Positions 1-14,350 of a stretch of 64,000 nt of DNA are shown in pieces; position 1 is the first letter of the stretch, and every line of letters begins with the position of its first letter. Both the position numbers and the translations under genes were made by a program. This stretch comes from Adineta vaga (taxonomy: Eukaryota; Animalia; Rotifera). The stretch is from NCBI GenBank assembly GCA_021613535.1, contig CP075493.1:8866001-8930000 (forward strand). Direction: 5' to 3'. The notes below the pieces were generated by a model. That model saw only the letters and a list, made by a program, of their open reading frames with translations, had not been told where the DNA came from and ran no database searches.

Positions 1-427
1 ATTCTTGTCAGAAAAAATATCTCTATATTAAATCGTTTCGTCAAGGACTAGAACAAAATTTGACATCACACACTTATGTGTTCAAAGATATTACACGAAT
101 GCTCTTTTGTAGTATACATGTTCACTAGAAGGTTTTAGTATCAAATTACGGATCAATCATTCTATGTTTCATTGTACTTGTGTAGACATGCGAGGGATTG
201 TAATCTCGATATATGAGACACAAGGCTGAATAGTAAACTATTGTTTCTAAATATTTAATTAGAAAATTGTGCTAAATTATAATTTCGAGATTGTAATTTC
301 AATCTAAGATCCAGGTGTTGCCGATACTTTGAAATGCTTTCGTAACTTTCGATATATCACAGAAAAGTTCATAGTATTTATTTAAATCAAGCAATAAAGA
401 ATGCTAACATAATTCTTCTTTCTAAAG

Positions 428-3400
428 GTTCATTGTCGATATATTCTGTGGGCTTTTTTGATCAAGGTGATTATGTTTGTATTGCTTCCAATGCGTTTGG
501 TCGATCATATTCTAGTTTACGTTCATTGATTGTTTCTGGTAAGAATGCAATATCATCGAATGGAAGAATGATGTTTGCTAATGATTTTCGTTTTTGCATG
601 TATACAAATCTTGCTAGTATTTAGAACGCATGGTTTTACCACGTATACATACTAATGTACGAAATAATAGTGATATTGATCTTCAACATAGTGATATGAA
701 AACATTGACTTGCACCGCGGATGGTCATCCTTTTCCTGATGTTGCTTGGATTCGAGGTTTTCTTTCTAATTTTACTCTTCTTCTTCTTCTTTTGATACGT
801 TTTTTCTATTGATTATATCTCATAGTTTCTGATTCTATTCCTTTGGTACGTGGACAATCATTTGCTGTCCTGAAATTTGTCGATGAAATGCATGGATTGA
901 ATAAATATATGTGTGAAGCACGAAATAAGCATGGTGTGACACGAACTTTTATTAATGTTGTCATTCCAGGTTTGACATTTTACTTCTTTTGTTTTTTCTG
1001 GTTCTAAAATTATTCAAATATCTTGTTTGTAAAGATGTTCATATACAGCCGATATTGAATTACGATGATCTACAAAGTCGAAGTGTTCTTCTCAATTGGC
1101 ATGTACCGAATGAACGTGATGATCATTTCACTCATTTTATTATCTATTATCGTTGCCTAAATCATTTTGATATCGATATCGATGACCAAGATGAGTTGAT
1201 TGATATCGAAAATTATCAACAAATTCTTGTTGATCGAAGTCAAACATATTATAATCGTACCTATCGAGTAAGTAAATGCATGATGATAACAAAATTTCAG
1301 TTATTTAAATTGTTTAGGTGATCGATCTGATTCCACATGAGAAATATGAATTTCGATTGAAAGCTTTTACAGGTGTTGTACCATCTAATTATTCAAATCC
1401 AGTCTTTATGAAAACTCGAGAAAGTGTACCAGAAAAGATTGGAAAACTACATGGTTATGTTTGGAATCGAACATCCGTCGTGGTTCATTGGACACCATCA
1501 AAGTCAACAAATGGACCAAACTTTGTAAGATAAATTGAATTTGAATTTACTATCTGCGAGAGATCTGTTTGAGATTGTACTTGTAAACATCACTAGAATT
1601 GGTTATCCTATTTTTTGTTTCATGCCTATTGTTTATTTTAGTATTACATTCTCTACTATACGATCAATACATCCATTCCGTTTGAACAATGGCCACATGT
1701 TCGTATTCATTCTTATCCGTTCTATATTCTTCCATTAACAATTCCTTCTCATCTTCAACTATTTATTCGTGTAGCTAGTGTGAATGCAAAAGGTTCAGTT
1801 TTAAGTGACTTTCATATGATTAATCATAGTTTATCAATTACTTCTGTATTATCAGTCAAAATTAATAATTTTCAATGCTTCTCAGATGAACAAAATCAAG
1901 TGATTTCGTTAACTTGGTCTGTTGATCATAATTCTCGTATATTGATTAAAAAATATATTATCTATTATGTTGATTTGACACAAATTGACAATGATTTAAT
2001 TCAAACACATACAATTCCAATCGATTCTATTTCAATTCGTCGTCATTCATCTAAAGATGTATTGCAATATAAAATTAATACTACTTTATTGGAATTAAAC
2101 TATAATAAATATCATATTCTACGCCTACATTTAGCGATTATTGATCAAGATGAAAATCAATTATCAATGACATCTTTGCCTATTTATTCGACTTTTACAA
2201 GAAAATCTGGTAAGCACACACACACAGAAGTCTTGTTTTCTGATCGATCGATTTTCTGGTAGAAATTGATTGTCAAGGATGATACAAGATATCTTATCTG
2301 GTGTTCATAAGAGCACATATACATCTATGTACATATCATTGTCTCGGATACATAAAAGTTGACTTATTTGATCTTTACATGTGGTAATCAATACATGCAT
2401 ATGTAAATGTAATTGGCTAGTCTGCTTCTTGTCGGATTATGTCTTTTAAGTAACTTTTTTTTTAATTCTATTGGGATAATTATTTGTAGTGATAACAGTA
2501 AAGAAGTAATGTGTATGTGAAGGAGAAACAAATTTTGGATAAATTATAGAGAAAGACAATGATAATGATCGAAAGAAATTAATTATACGGTTCTCTTTTT
2601 TTTTGTTGTTTTTGGTCATGTATTATTATGTACATTGTACGATTTTATTGAAGAAGATAAGTAATGAACACGTGCTCGTTTAACATGCGATTAGCAAAAG
2701 ACATTTTGATCGCCTGATGTGAATCGATTTATCTTAAAAGGCGATCTACTGCATTACTTCGTCGCATGCAACTGTTGTTAGTTTATATAGAGAATAGGAA
2801 GCCTTGTGGCCAGTAGGAGACGATCCTATAGACAACATCTACAGTTGGCTAAACAATGTGTGAAGATAAATGACAGCCAGAAAGCTGAAATAAATAATGC
2901 TAGAGTAATTAGGCGACCATCGGTCGGCAATGATCTACTTCTTTTTCTTTCGTTCTCTCTTTCTTCCTCTTCTATTTCATCGTCCACTTTCAACATCTCC
3001 GTAGGACAATACAATGATATTCAAACAATCTCTCTCGTTTTCTTTCTCTCTCTCTCTCCCTCTCTTCGAGCCGACCAGACGATGATGATCGGATCGAGGT
3101 CGTGTTTCTTGTTTTTCTTCTATTCTCTATTTCCCTTTGCTGCTGCTTCTTCTTCTTCTTCGCTCTATTCTATACATGTCAGAAAAGAAAAGAAAGGAAA
3201 GAAATTTTCTTCGTTTTCTTTCACACTATCAAACAATTGTCCAGTTTGGCTATTTGTCTGCTTGTTTATTTGATCAACGGAATTACTAAATGACCGATCA
3301 TTTTCAATTAAAATAAACAATTAATACCAATTTTCAATGATTCTTCGAATTATTTTCTACATTATTTTCATCTTCATTGCGAAGAATTTCGCTCAAATTC

Positions 3401-6400
3401 CCACCAATATACGAATTGTAGCTACCGACAAAGATTTTATTCGCTTATCATGGACAAAACCTGATCGCTTACCGGCAGTTCATGGTTATACAATAAAATA
3501 TCGTCCAATTAATTCTAATCAATCATGGATTGTTCGACAAACGGAAGCTACACAAATCCTTTTAAATGAACTTCGTCCGATTACAAAATATGAAATTATT
3601 TTACAAGCTTATGCAAATTCTTCCTACACAGATTCTTCAGGACCATCAACGCGTATTGAAGCGATCACAGATGAAACAGGTAATTTCCTGTTCGTTGATT
3701 ATACTTCTGTCTAGACATCAATCGCATATTTTATTGATATTAATCATATTCAAGAAATGAAAATCTTAGTAACATAATAACAATATTTAGAACTATTCCG
3801 ACGACGTAGTTGTTTATTCATCGAAAGATTTAACAAGAGAAGAAAAAGAAGATCATTACATACGAATATGTCTGATTCTTAATCACACTCGAGATTGATG
3901 ATGATTTATTTCTGGTTATGACCATAAAAGAATCTTCGAATGGCTATTAGTGAAATGAGATCTGATCAACCTTTGAGAATTTCCCATTGATTTGTAATAT
4001 TCAATGTAAAGAGAAAAATCATCAATCATTCTTGAGTTTTACTGTTCATTTCTTTCTTGTTACTATTGAAAAAAGTTCATATTTATTGAAATCTGACTAC
4101 AGTCCTTTATCTTTTTGTCTGACACTCTAATCTATCATATGTGTGATTGAAAACAATTCTTCGTGTGACAATCACATCGATTGACAAGTATGAAAAACAT
4201 ACTGTTTCATTAATCATTTAGTATACATACACATATGTCAAATATTAATGAAAAAAAATTCTTCATATAGTAAAGATGCGTTTTCTCTTGATAGATTAAT
4301 TTAAAATTTTTGATACATAGACAAGAAGATTGTCTTTAAAACTTGTTTGTTTTCTTTTCCAATGTGTGTTTGTGTTAATAGAAAAAAAGACATTTAATCT
4401 TCTTTCCATAAATCATATATTGACGGTAGAAGTTTTGAATTAGTAAGGGATATTAATGATTAGTTAGTCAACATAGACGTTTTCTCTTATAATTAATTAA
4501 ACTAAATTTCATAGGAAACGATTATTCAACTTCATCATATAGATTCTTTCATCCATGAAGGTGAGATAGGATAACAAGATTTTTTTTTGTAGAGAAAAAA
4601 CTTTTTAATTATTGCGTAGTCAAATAGTATATCCAATGAAGGAAAATTTTAATTCATCTAAAACATCTGTACTCAATTTTATTAAAGAAAACTACATCTG
4701 CTTTGTTAGATCATCAGGTAACAATGTGCGTGACTATTTAAACAATAAGAATAGAAGGAAAAAAACCGAAGAAACCTCCTATACACATACGACATTTCTT
4801 GAAAGTAGTAGTAGTAGTAGTAGAGAGAGAGAGAGAGAAAAAAATAAATCCCCTGTAGAATACATACATTCCTCGTTGTCATCATCGGCATTTAACTTCT
4901 TTTTTTTTTCAATTACACCGAGTCGATTGAAAAAAGAAGAAGAGAAACAGACTCGATAGAGATATTAGTCGGTTTGATTACTGCCGACAAATGAGTTTAG
5001 TAACAACATGGTTTCTGAAACTATTCAAAGCAGATAGAGAGAAAGCGAGCAGAAAAAGGGAAGCGCAAGTAAAAAATAGATGACAAGTGGATTTGTAACG
5101 GAAGACAACGTTTTCAAGGTCGATTGCTTCTTTTCTTCCTTTTTTTTTGCATATAAAACAATATAAAAGAGCAAATAATTAGTTATTTTCCACTTAAAAA
5201 ACATGTCTTTCTCAACAATGGTAAATAAACTCTCAATAAGGAATTATATCCATGGTTGATGGTTGTTTTCTACAAATAAATGAATCATTGTCAAATCGAT
5301 CGAAATCAGTTGAATTGTAAAAATAAATGAAAATATTTTATTACATTTCTGTTATGTTTACATTTATTTGATTACCGATATCATTTCAATTGAAGAAGGA
5401 AACAGAATATTAGAAAGGAGAAAGTATTGTTTGAGATTTTAACCACGACTGAAAAAGAATGATGTACTTGTTCTACTAATAAGATAAACTGTTCTTATGT
5501 TCTGTAATGTATAAAAATGCGAAGAGAGACATAGAGAAAGAGAGACGCAGTATGAGAACAAGAGAGACAGAGAAGAAAAGAGAAAAATAAGTTCCACTGG
5601 AAAGAAAGAAAGAAAGAAAAAAGGGAAAGTAATAGTCGTTTAGTGTTGTAGAGTTTTGAACACCAACAAATTATTTCATATTCAAATGTGGTCATTATTC
5701 ATCATACTTTCGATTCTAGTTCCACTTGTTGCACCAATCAATGTAAGTGCACGTATGATTAATCAAACCACAGCAAATATATCTTGGATTTATCCATTGG
5801 ATTCCAATAATCCTGATGATATTGCATTACTTGGTGGAATGATCAAAGGATTTTATGTGATCGTCTTTGCACCTGATTCTATTCAACCACCTATTGTTCA
5901 TCGAAATTATGAAGGCACAATCGGTACTCAATATTGGGATATTGTTGGTAATTTAACACCTGGTACAACATATCATGCTCAAGTGAAAGCATTTACAAAG
6001 AAAGGTGATGGAAAACCAAGTGTACCATATATATTTACAGTCGCCAAAGATGATTTTGGTAAGTTAATGAGAAAAAAAAGAGTCTGAAAATGATCGATTA
6101 TATTCCTAATATGAAGTTACTTCATTTACATGTATATTCAACACTTAATAGATAGGAAAAATCAATAACGAACATTGTTATGTAATTGATGAAGTTTCTT
6201 TTTCCTGTTGATGAGTTATATATCGAGTAATAATTGTCTTGAAATTTTCCTAAGAAAAGATTTGTATATATGTTCAATGAAGATAAATGGGCGAGAAATC
6301 CAATTCAAATTACTAGATCGATAAATTGAATTGAAAGAAAAGAAACAAAAACTAGCAAATGCGTGTTTGTTATATAATTAATTTCATGAACGGCTGGATA

Positions 6401-9400
6401 TGTTTGTATCTAATTTATTAGTAGTGCTGCTGGGAAAACTTGTTTTTTTTTCCTGTTTTTATTCGCTTCGATCAGTTTTTACATCAGATGCACACATATG
6501 TCGTAAGGTCATTATCAACAGTAGTAGTCAATGAACGTAAACAACTGGTCGAAGTATTGCCCAATTTAACTTGCCGGAAGTATTGTCGTTTTTTCTATGT
6601 TATACGTGACAATCCTATCGACATGCAACTTGTTCTACTGTATATATGTCTTCATTGATCATATTTCTAAAGAGTTCTAATAAGAAAAGAAATCATAACG
6701 GATTCATTGAGTAAATGTTGATGATCTTTCAACACGAATGAATATCATTCTTATGAATAGTACTTGATCATAAGACCTTATCAACTGTCAACAATAGAAT
6801 AATGTTGATGAATATAACAAGGTTCTTTTACATATATATATGTGCATCATATTTGATGAGCTTCGTTCGATATTCTAAAGTGTTCATTCTAGCGTATTTA
6901 ATGGTTAGGACTAGACTTCTCTCTTGCTCTCGCTCTCTTTCTCTCTCTCCCTTTCTAGCTGTAGCTAAAAACAGTTTTGTTGTAATAATAATGCGATCAT
7001 CGATGAATGACATTGGATGAGAAATGAGCAAATGCATTGATAAGTGGAGTTACGCGACGAAACAAAAAAGGAAAAAGAGAAGAAGTGATCTTTTGAATTA
7101 GTCTTATTAGAAATAACAAGAAAGAAATGGAATGGATAAACCAGCCTTGGGCATTCTTGACCGGATGATGGACAATTCTTGATAAAGTAAAGATTGAATC
7201 GAACAATTGATTGATCAAGACAATGATTGAATTTTGTACTCTTAGACAAATGTTTCAGTCTGATATATCCGGTTTAATCAGATTTCTTAGGGAAATACTT
7301 TACAATGACCTATATCGAAGATTTAATCGAATAATCTTGTTTTTTCCTATATATTGGTTTGTAAATACTCAATAGAGATTGTAAAAAGAAAATTATCAGT
7401 TAATAAAACAAATGTGTCATGTTTTTCATAAACAGACTTATGATAAGTAAAATATAGAGATGATCATTATGTCAATGTCAAGATAACATGCAAATATTGT
7501 CAAGCGTTAATTAATACAATAGCGGAAAATATACTTCACATCCCTTTTTCACACTGTATTTATAAAATGTACATTGACTCTTCTTTTAAGATGAAAGTGA
7601 TATTGAAGAATATATTATTGTTTGATGATTCTAGAATGTCTAGGTTAAGAATAACTGATTACTATCAAAACATGTAACTTGAAGAACAATTTCATCATAG
7701 GAATTAATTATTTATGATAGCTTGAATGTTTTCTTGTCAAAACAAATATTTTTCTGTCTTTAGAACATCCATCACCAACCAATCTAATAGCATATGTTGT
7801 CGATGTTAATACGTTAAGCGTCACATGGGATTTACCAACGGATGTACATGATATTGATAAAATCTATGTCACAGTTACGGAGCTTGATGAAACCAATCGT
7901 ACGATTCAAATGCAATCATTTGATAAGTCGATTAAAAAATTCGATATTCAAATTAATGATAAAGATCCCAATAGTATTCATTCTAATACAACTGTACAAT
8001 TTTCTGCTCGTTATTCGGATCATAATGGTCAAAATTCTTCAATAATTGACTATCAACTTTACGTCAATACATTGAGTAAGTTTTCTTTTCCTTTTTTTAT
8101 GTAACTAATTGTGTCTGATGTTGACAGAATGACATCCTGTTAGAAAAAGCTTAGGCATACATTTTCATATATATATATATATATATATTGTCAACCTTAT
8201 TATACACGGCGAATGTGGGACTAACGATAGACATAGAGTGACTGCGAGAGGAAAAAAGCCGAAGGTTTTTTCAGTTTGTTTGTTCAGTAAAATATTCTAG
8301 TAGATAGCGCAATCAAGTAAATGTCTATGTATGACTAAAACTGCACGGAACATGCAAGAATTTGCCGTTCCTTTCATTCCAACACGCATTAGTTTTTTTC
8401 TTCATCTCTACATCCACATATATTTGCATGTTCGGAGAAGACAGAAAAAGCTGTAATAGAAGAATTAGATATCTCTTGTTTTTTTTCTTTTTTTTTTCAT
8501 TCTACGGTATTAACTATCCTCAAGGATCGTATGAATACAAAGAAAAAAGGAAAAAAAGAAAGAAGTTTTCTTTTTTAACATTGCACAGATGGGAGTATTT
8601 ATCGTTTTCTAAAGAGGACAAAAAGAAAAGGACGAAAAAGAAAAAGTGTCATGTATCAACTAACACTTTATTATATTATTCTCTTTATTTGTACTAATTC
8701 GAAACCAATTTATAATTCTATTGTACGCTCCAGTATCTATTATGTTCAAACACCGGGTTTATCCATTTGTAATTTTTGATTATTATTATTCATTTTTCAA
8801 TATTTTTTTTTCAATTGTTATTTAGACCCGTCTCCACGTGATATTCGTGTCATTCGTATCAATGATACGACAATTCAAGTCTTCTGGTCACCTATATATT
8901 ATCCACCTGTTGAACGATATCTTGTTCACTACAATGATAAAGCAGAAGATAAACCAGAAAATCAATGGTCACTCTATACACCAACAAATCAGAGTGCTGT
9001 AACAGCAGTCATCGGTGGTCTTAAACCAGCTGCAATGTATAATGTACGTGTTAGTGCTGAATTTTCAAATATGAATATTAAACATCCGACATATGCAAAT
9101 GGAATGAGTCCACGTGATGGTGAATTATCAGATGTTCATGTTGCCGATGTTTTTCGTCGTAAGTTCATTTTCACAGAATGATATTTTTTTACTTGATAAG
9201 TTAACTATCTAGGTACAAAACATATCATTCAATATGATAATCAATTAAGTCGACCCTATAATATGAGTTATACAGATGTAACATCAAGTAGTGTAAAAAT
9301 ACTATTTTCATTTAATGAAATGAATCTAGATCCACGTCGACAAATTCAAAAACTTGAAGTATGCTTGATTTAAATCTTTATCGAAAAAACTTTTTGTCAT

Positions 9401-12400
9401 TAATAATTTACGTTTTAGGTACATTACGAAGGTATACAAAACTATATTGATGGATTGGGAACAGCACGTTCAACATCTCATCATAATTCTGCTGGTCTTA
9501 TTACGCTTCCACCAACTCAGGGTGCTCGTGAATGGTTAGTACCTGGTTTAGTACCAAATACACGTTACACTCTCAATCTAACTGGTGCTTTAACAACATC
9601 AGACCAATCTTCCATTAAAATTTATAGTCAACCAGCAACAATTCAGTTTTCTACAGATTATGATGCTCCACCATATGTTGATCGACCGGAACAAGATCGA
9701 CGAGTTGTTCCGGATGGAAATAATCAGCAAGTCTATCTTCGTTTACATCGTGCGTCAACAAAAAATGGACCTATAGATCGTTATTACATCGTTGTTTATC
9801 TAACTGATTCTTCGACACTTCCATCATTTACTCCACAAGAAGTAAAAACATTGATAATAAAGAAAAAAAAATTTATTTTAAATTTTAGAATCGACGACAA
9901 TATTGTTATACTGCTGCTGTATTCAATGAATCTCAATTACCAGATATGTTTATATTGGGTAATGGAAAACAAACTCAAGATTGGGAACCATTCTCAGGAA
10001 ATGTCTATAATAATTCTCCATTGATTGGTGCAATTAGAATCAAACTTGTTTCATGGGGTTTTAATCGTAAGAGAGAAAATTTAACAACCTCAAGTTCGAC
10101 AATTCTTATTAATCTACCTTCGAAATCTCCTCAAACATCGAATGAAGAAACATTTAATAATCTATTATGGATTTTTGGAATTATTTTTCTATTATTTATA
10201 ATTCTTATTATTGTCATTATCTTTTCATTGAAATTTAATCGAGCGAAAAGAAAATCACTAACACCACCACCTGAATGTGTTCCATTTGATTTAACCCCGA
10301 AGGTTTTAACGATGGAAATGCAAATGCCAATTTTACCACCAACAATTTCGCCAGCTTCATCTGGTGAACCCGTCGAAATACGACGTATGCAGCCAGTAGC
10401 AAGTTATTCTCCAATACCAATTGAAGAATTCTCTACTCATCTCGAACATTTGAAAGCAGCTGATAATTACAAATTTTCACAAGAATATGAAGTAAGAAGA
10501 TGAAATTATTAGTGAAAGATTCTTTCTTATAAGAGACAATACAACAGAAAGAATAATTATCGAAACACTTTCCTAATTGTTTGCTGAAGTATGAGTAATT
10601 TACTCAGACTACGACTTTTAATTAACGAACGGAAGTATGGAAAAGAAAAGGATGTATATCTCCTGAGATGAAACAGTCTATCGAAGTTCCGGTGGCGTCC
10701 TACTCAACAGAATGTTTTCCAAACAAGTTACATTCTGTAAGGCTAATGAGAATAAGACGATATCTTCCTACGCAAAGTTTTTGTCACAACCTTCCTACGT
10801 AGATTATGGCAATCGTTAAAGATTAACATCGTTTCCTGTTGAAAAATGATCAATTATCAGAATCAGAAATTGACAATCCATGCATAATAATTGATTAATA
10901 TATCTATTAATTATTTAATTGTTCAGTCAGATTCGTTCGAAAACATTCTCTACTGGATACTTCTATCATGTAGTTAAATTAACATCTTTTTTTGAATTTT
11001 AGTCTATTGATCCAGGTGAACAATTTTCCTGGGAAAATTCTAAACATGAATGTAATAAAACGAAAAATCGTTATGCAAATGTTGTTGCCTATGATCATTC
11101 ACGAGTTATTCTTCGATCAATTGATGGGATCATTGGTAGTGATTATATTAATGCAAATTATCTCGATGGTTATCGAAAACAAAATGCTTATATAGCAACA
11201 CAAGGACCATTACCAAATACATTTGCTGATTTTTGGAGAATGATTTGGGAAACAAATTCAAATTGTATTGTAATGATGACAAAATTAGAAGAACGAAATC
11301 GTCTCAAATGTGATCAATATTGGCCAAGTCGAGGAATGGAAACTTATGGACCTATTCAAGTTACATTAACAGATTTAATTGAATTAGCTTCCTATAGTGT
11401 TCGAACATTTACAATAGCTTGGGTATGAAATTTTGATTTTGTTTTCTTTTTTGAAAGATGAAATTAATCTCATCAATTTAGGCTGGTCATCCAGAAAAAC
11501 GAGAGATTCGTCATTGTCAATTTACAGCATGGCCTGGTAAGATTCCTATTTCAAACAGAGGATATATTTCATCTCTATGATAAATTCTCTTTTTTAAATT
11601 TCAATAGATCATGGTATATTAGAACATGCAACGGCATTTTTAATGTTTGTTCGACGAGTAAGGACGCTCAATTCACCTGAAGGTGGTCCACTTGTTGTAC
11701 ATTGCTCAGCTGGTGTTGGTCGAACGGGTTGTTTTATTGTTATTGATGCTCTATTAGAAAAATTAAAATATGAAAAAACAGTTGATATTTATGGACATGT
11801 TACTCTATTACGTGCTCAACGGTAAGAAAATAGCTTTTTCTTTCATTCAAATCATTTCTATAAACAACTACAACAGAGATAAAGATATGATCTATGATCT
11901 GAGTATAAAAGATCAAATACGTCTACTGAATATCAACAATATTCATCCATTTGATTTGATAAACCAATATATCATTATGGATTTCTGTAATTTTGTTTTA
12001 GAAATTATATTGTTCAAACTGAAGAACAATATATCTTTATTTATGAAGCGATCAACGAAGCCATTCAATCGGGATATACCGAAGTCTCTGCTCGAAATCT
12101 CTTGACACATTTACAGAGACTTCTACAACCGTTGAATGATAGTTCTTTAACAGAAATGGAACTTGAATTTAAAGTAAAAGATCGCTTAAGTTAAAACAAT
12201 TCTTATTAGTTCGTGTTTTGTTTTATTTAGCGATTAGCAAATATTAAAGGACAACCATCGAAATTTATTAGTGCAAATCATCCAGCAAATAAATTTAAAA
12301 ATCGTCTTGTGAATATTTTACCATGTAAAAATGATTTTCTTTCGAACTTTTTTTGTCTTTTAAAACTTGTCATTTCTATTAGATGAAAATACTCGTGTAT

Positions 12401-13293
12401 GTTTATCTCCAATACGTGGAATTGATGGATCAGATTATATCAATGCATCGTATATTGATGTGAGTTAATGAATCTATCTTTAAAATATCTAATCTTGATT
12501 AATTGTAGGGCTATCGATTAAAAAATGGTTATATTGCCACTCAGGGACCATTAAATGAAACTATAGATGATTTTTGGAGGATGATATGGGAACATAATGT
12601 AACAATTATTGTTATGCTGACGAAATTAAAAGAAATGGGAAGAGAAAAATGTTCACAATATTGGCCAATTGATCAATCAATGCGTTCGGGATATTTTATT
12701 GTTGATCATTTAGGAGAATATCATATGACACAATATCTATTAAGTGAATTCAAATTAACTGATACACGAGTAAAGATTTTTAATTGAATCGAATGATTCC
12801 AAAGTTTGTTTTCTTTTTCAAGGATGGTCAATCTCGAACAGTTCGACATTTTCTTTATACAGAATGGCCAGAACAAGGCGTGCCCAAAGTCGGAGAAGGT
12901 TTTATTGATTTTATTGGACAAGTACATAAAACTAAAGAAGGTTTCGGTCAAGATGGACCTATTGTTGTACATTGTTCTGCAGGTATAATTTCTCTTCATA
13001 ATTTCTAACAAGAAAACAAGATTACTTTTCGTGATATGATTGTAGGTGTAGGAAGAACGGGAGTATTTCTAACATTAAGTATTGTTCTGGAACGCATCAG
13101 ATATGAAGGTATAGTGGATGTATTTCAAACGGTAAAATTACTACGTACACAGCGACCAGCACTTGTTCAAACCGAAGTAATGTCGAAATTTAAATTTATC
13201 TTTTTTTATCTGTTTCATTTTATCTAGGATCAATATCAATTTTGTTATCGTTCAGCATTGGAATATCTAAGTTCATTTGATAATTTGATATGA
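428..13293 (+). CDS. Lar: Receptor-type tyrosine-protein phosphatase, LAR/PTPRF-D-S family (multi-exon; 5' end upstream of the window)
   Basis: Ig exons ([14 protein letters not shown]; [15 protein letters not shown]) and several FN3 exons (1318, 3337, 5720, 7764, 8826, 9419). TM segment [23 protein letters not shown] near 10160-10230. D1 has KNRYANV, DYINAN, WPDHG and [10 protein letters not shown]; D2 has WPEQG and [10 protein letters not shown]. Ends [24 protein letters not shown] at 13291-13293. Linkage of the 428-2209 exons to the rest is inferred from phase-1 compatibility. Confidence 0.9.
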
Positions 13294-13963
13294 TCTTAAT
13301 TCCTAGTCAACACAGTGAGTCGGAGCTAAGAATTTTTTTGATATAACGACAATTTCATGTGATTTTTTACAAGAAATTTATTATTATTATTATTATAATT
13401 ATTAAACTAGAGCTTCTTTTCTTTTTCTATGTTCAATGTAAATATCTGTTTGCGTTTTTGATACTATTTTTCTAACCAGATGGTGGTTCAGCCTTTTTTT
13501 TTCTTTTCGTGTCTTAATTATTGTGTGACGAATGCGTTTTTTTTCCTTCTTTTGTGTACGTGTGAAATCTTTAATTATAAATTTGAATATTATTAACAAA
13601 TGATCGAATTATATGAAATAGAATAGTTAATTCATAAGCATTGATTCTATTCAATATTATTTTTGACGAAATGAAGTGAATGGCTCTTCAAACTACTTCA
13701 ATGTATTTCACGAGTCATTCACAATCACATATTTTAAATAGAATAATCTAGTTGTCTGAATCTGTGAAATATAATTTTTCACACTGAATCGATCGGATGA
13801 TTATTATTCATATTCTTGTGTAGATGTCATATTAGAGCGAAGACATTTTATTTATTATACACCAGCCATAAAAAACATGTCATTTTTTTTAAAATAGAGC
13901 ATAAAATGATTTATTATATTTACAGAAAATTTGTTTTTCTTTTAGAGAAAGTCAGATGATGTT

Positions 13964-14350
13964 TTACTGTTCACGAGATTCGACTTCTTCAACAAGACGT
14001 GTAATCCATTCGGGAACGATGGGTGTACGATAGGCAATATAATTACCACGATTTGTATGACAAATAACATAATCTCCATTCTCGCTATTTTTCATTGTCA
14101 TTGGACGTACACGTTCAACAACACCGTCTGATGTAAATTTGATCAATTGTGTTGAATCAAATTGTTTTTTGTGAACTGTCGGAAATGCAGATGACATGTC
14201 AGATTGAGAAACAAATGATGGCGATGATTCAATCAATGTTGACGAAGAAGAATTGAAACCATTCGAAGATGCGTTATCAACATCAATGCCAATACCAGAA
14301 TCATCATCGGTATATGGTATCGGAGAATCGTTGAAAGTTATTTTTGCCAT
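13964..14350 (-). CDS. Small uncharacterised protein (~128 aa, Ser/Asp-rich N-half)
   Basis: Open frame from ATG 14350 (MAKITFNDSPIPYTDDDSGIG...) to TAA 13964, preceded by a TTTTTAG acceptor near 14368. Protein-like composition; no family recognised. Confidence 0.65.
   Translation of the reverse strand: MAKITFNDSPIPYTDDDSGIGIDVDNASSNGFNSSSSTLIESSPSFVSQSDMSSAFPTVHKKQFDSTQLIKFTSDGVVERVRPMTMKNSENGDYVICHTNRGNYIAYRTPIVPEWITRLVEEVESREQ

Noticed and set aside
2806-3293. 155-aa and 63-aa ORFs upstream of the 3337 exon
   Set aside because: Translations of CT/CTT simple repeats, probably promoter or 5' UTR.
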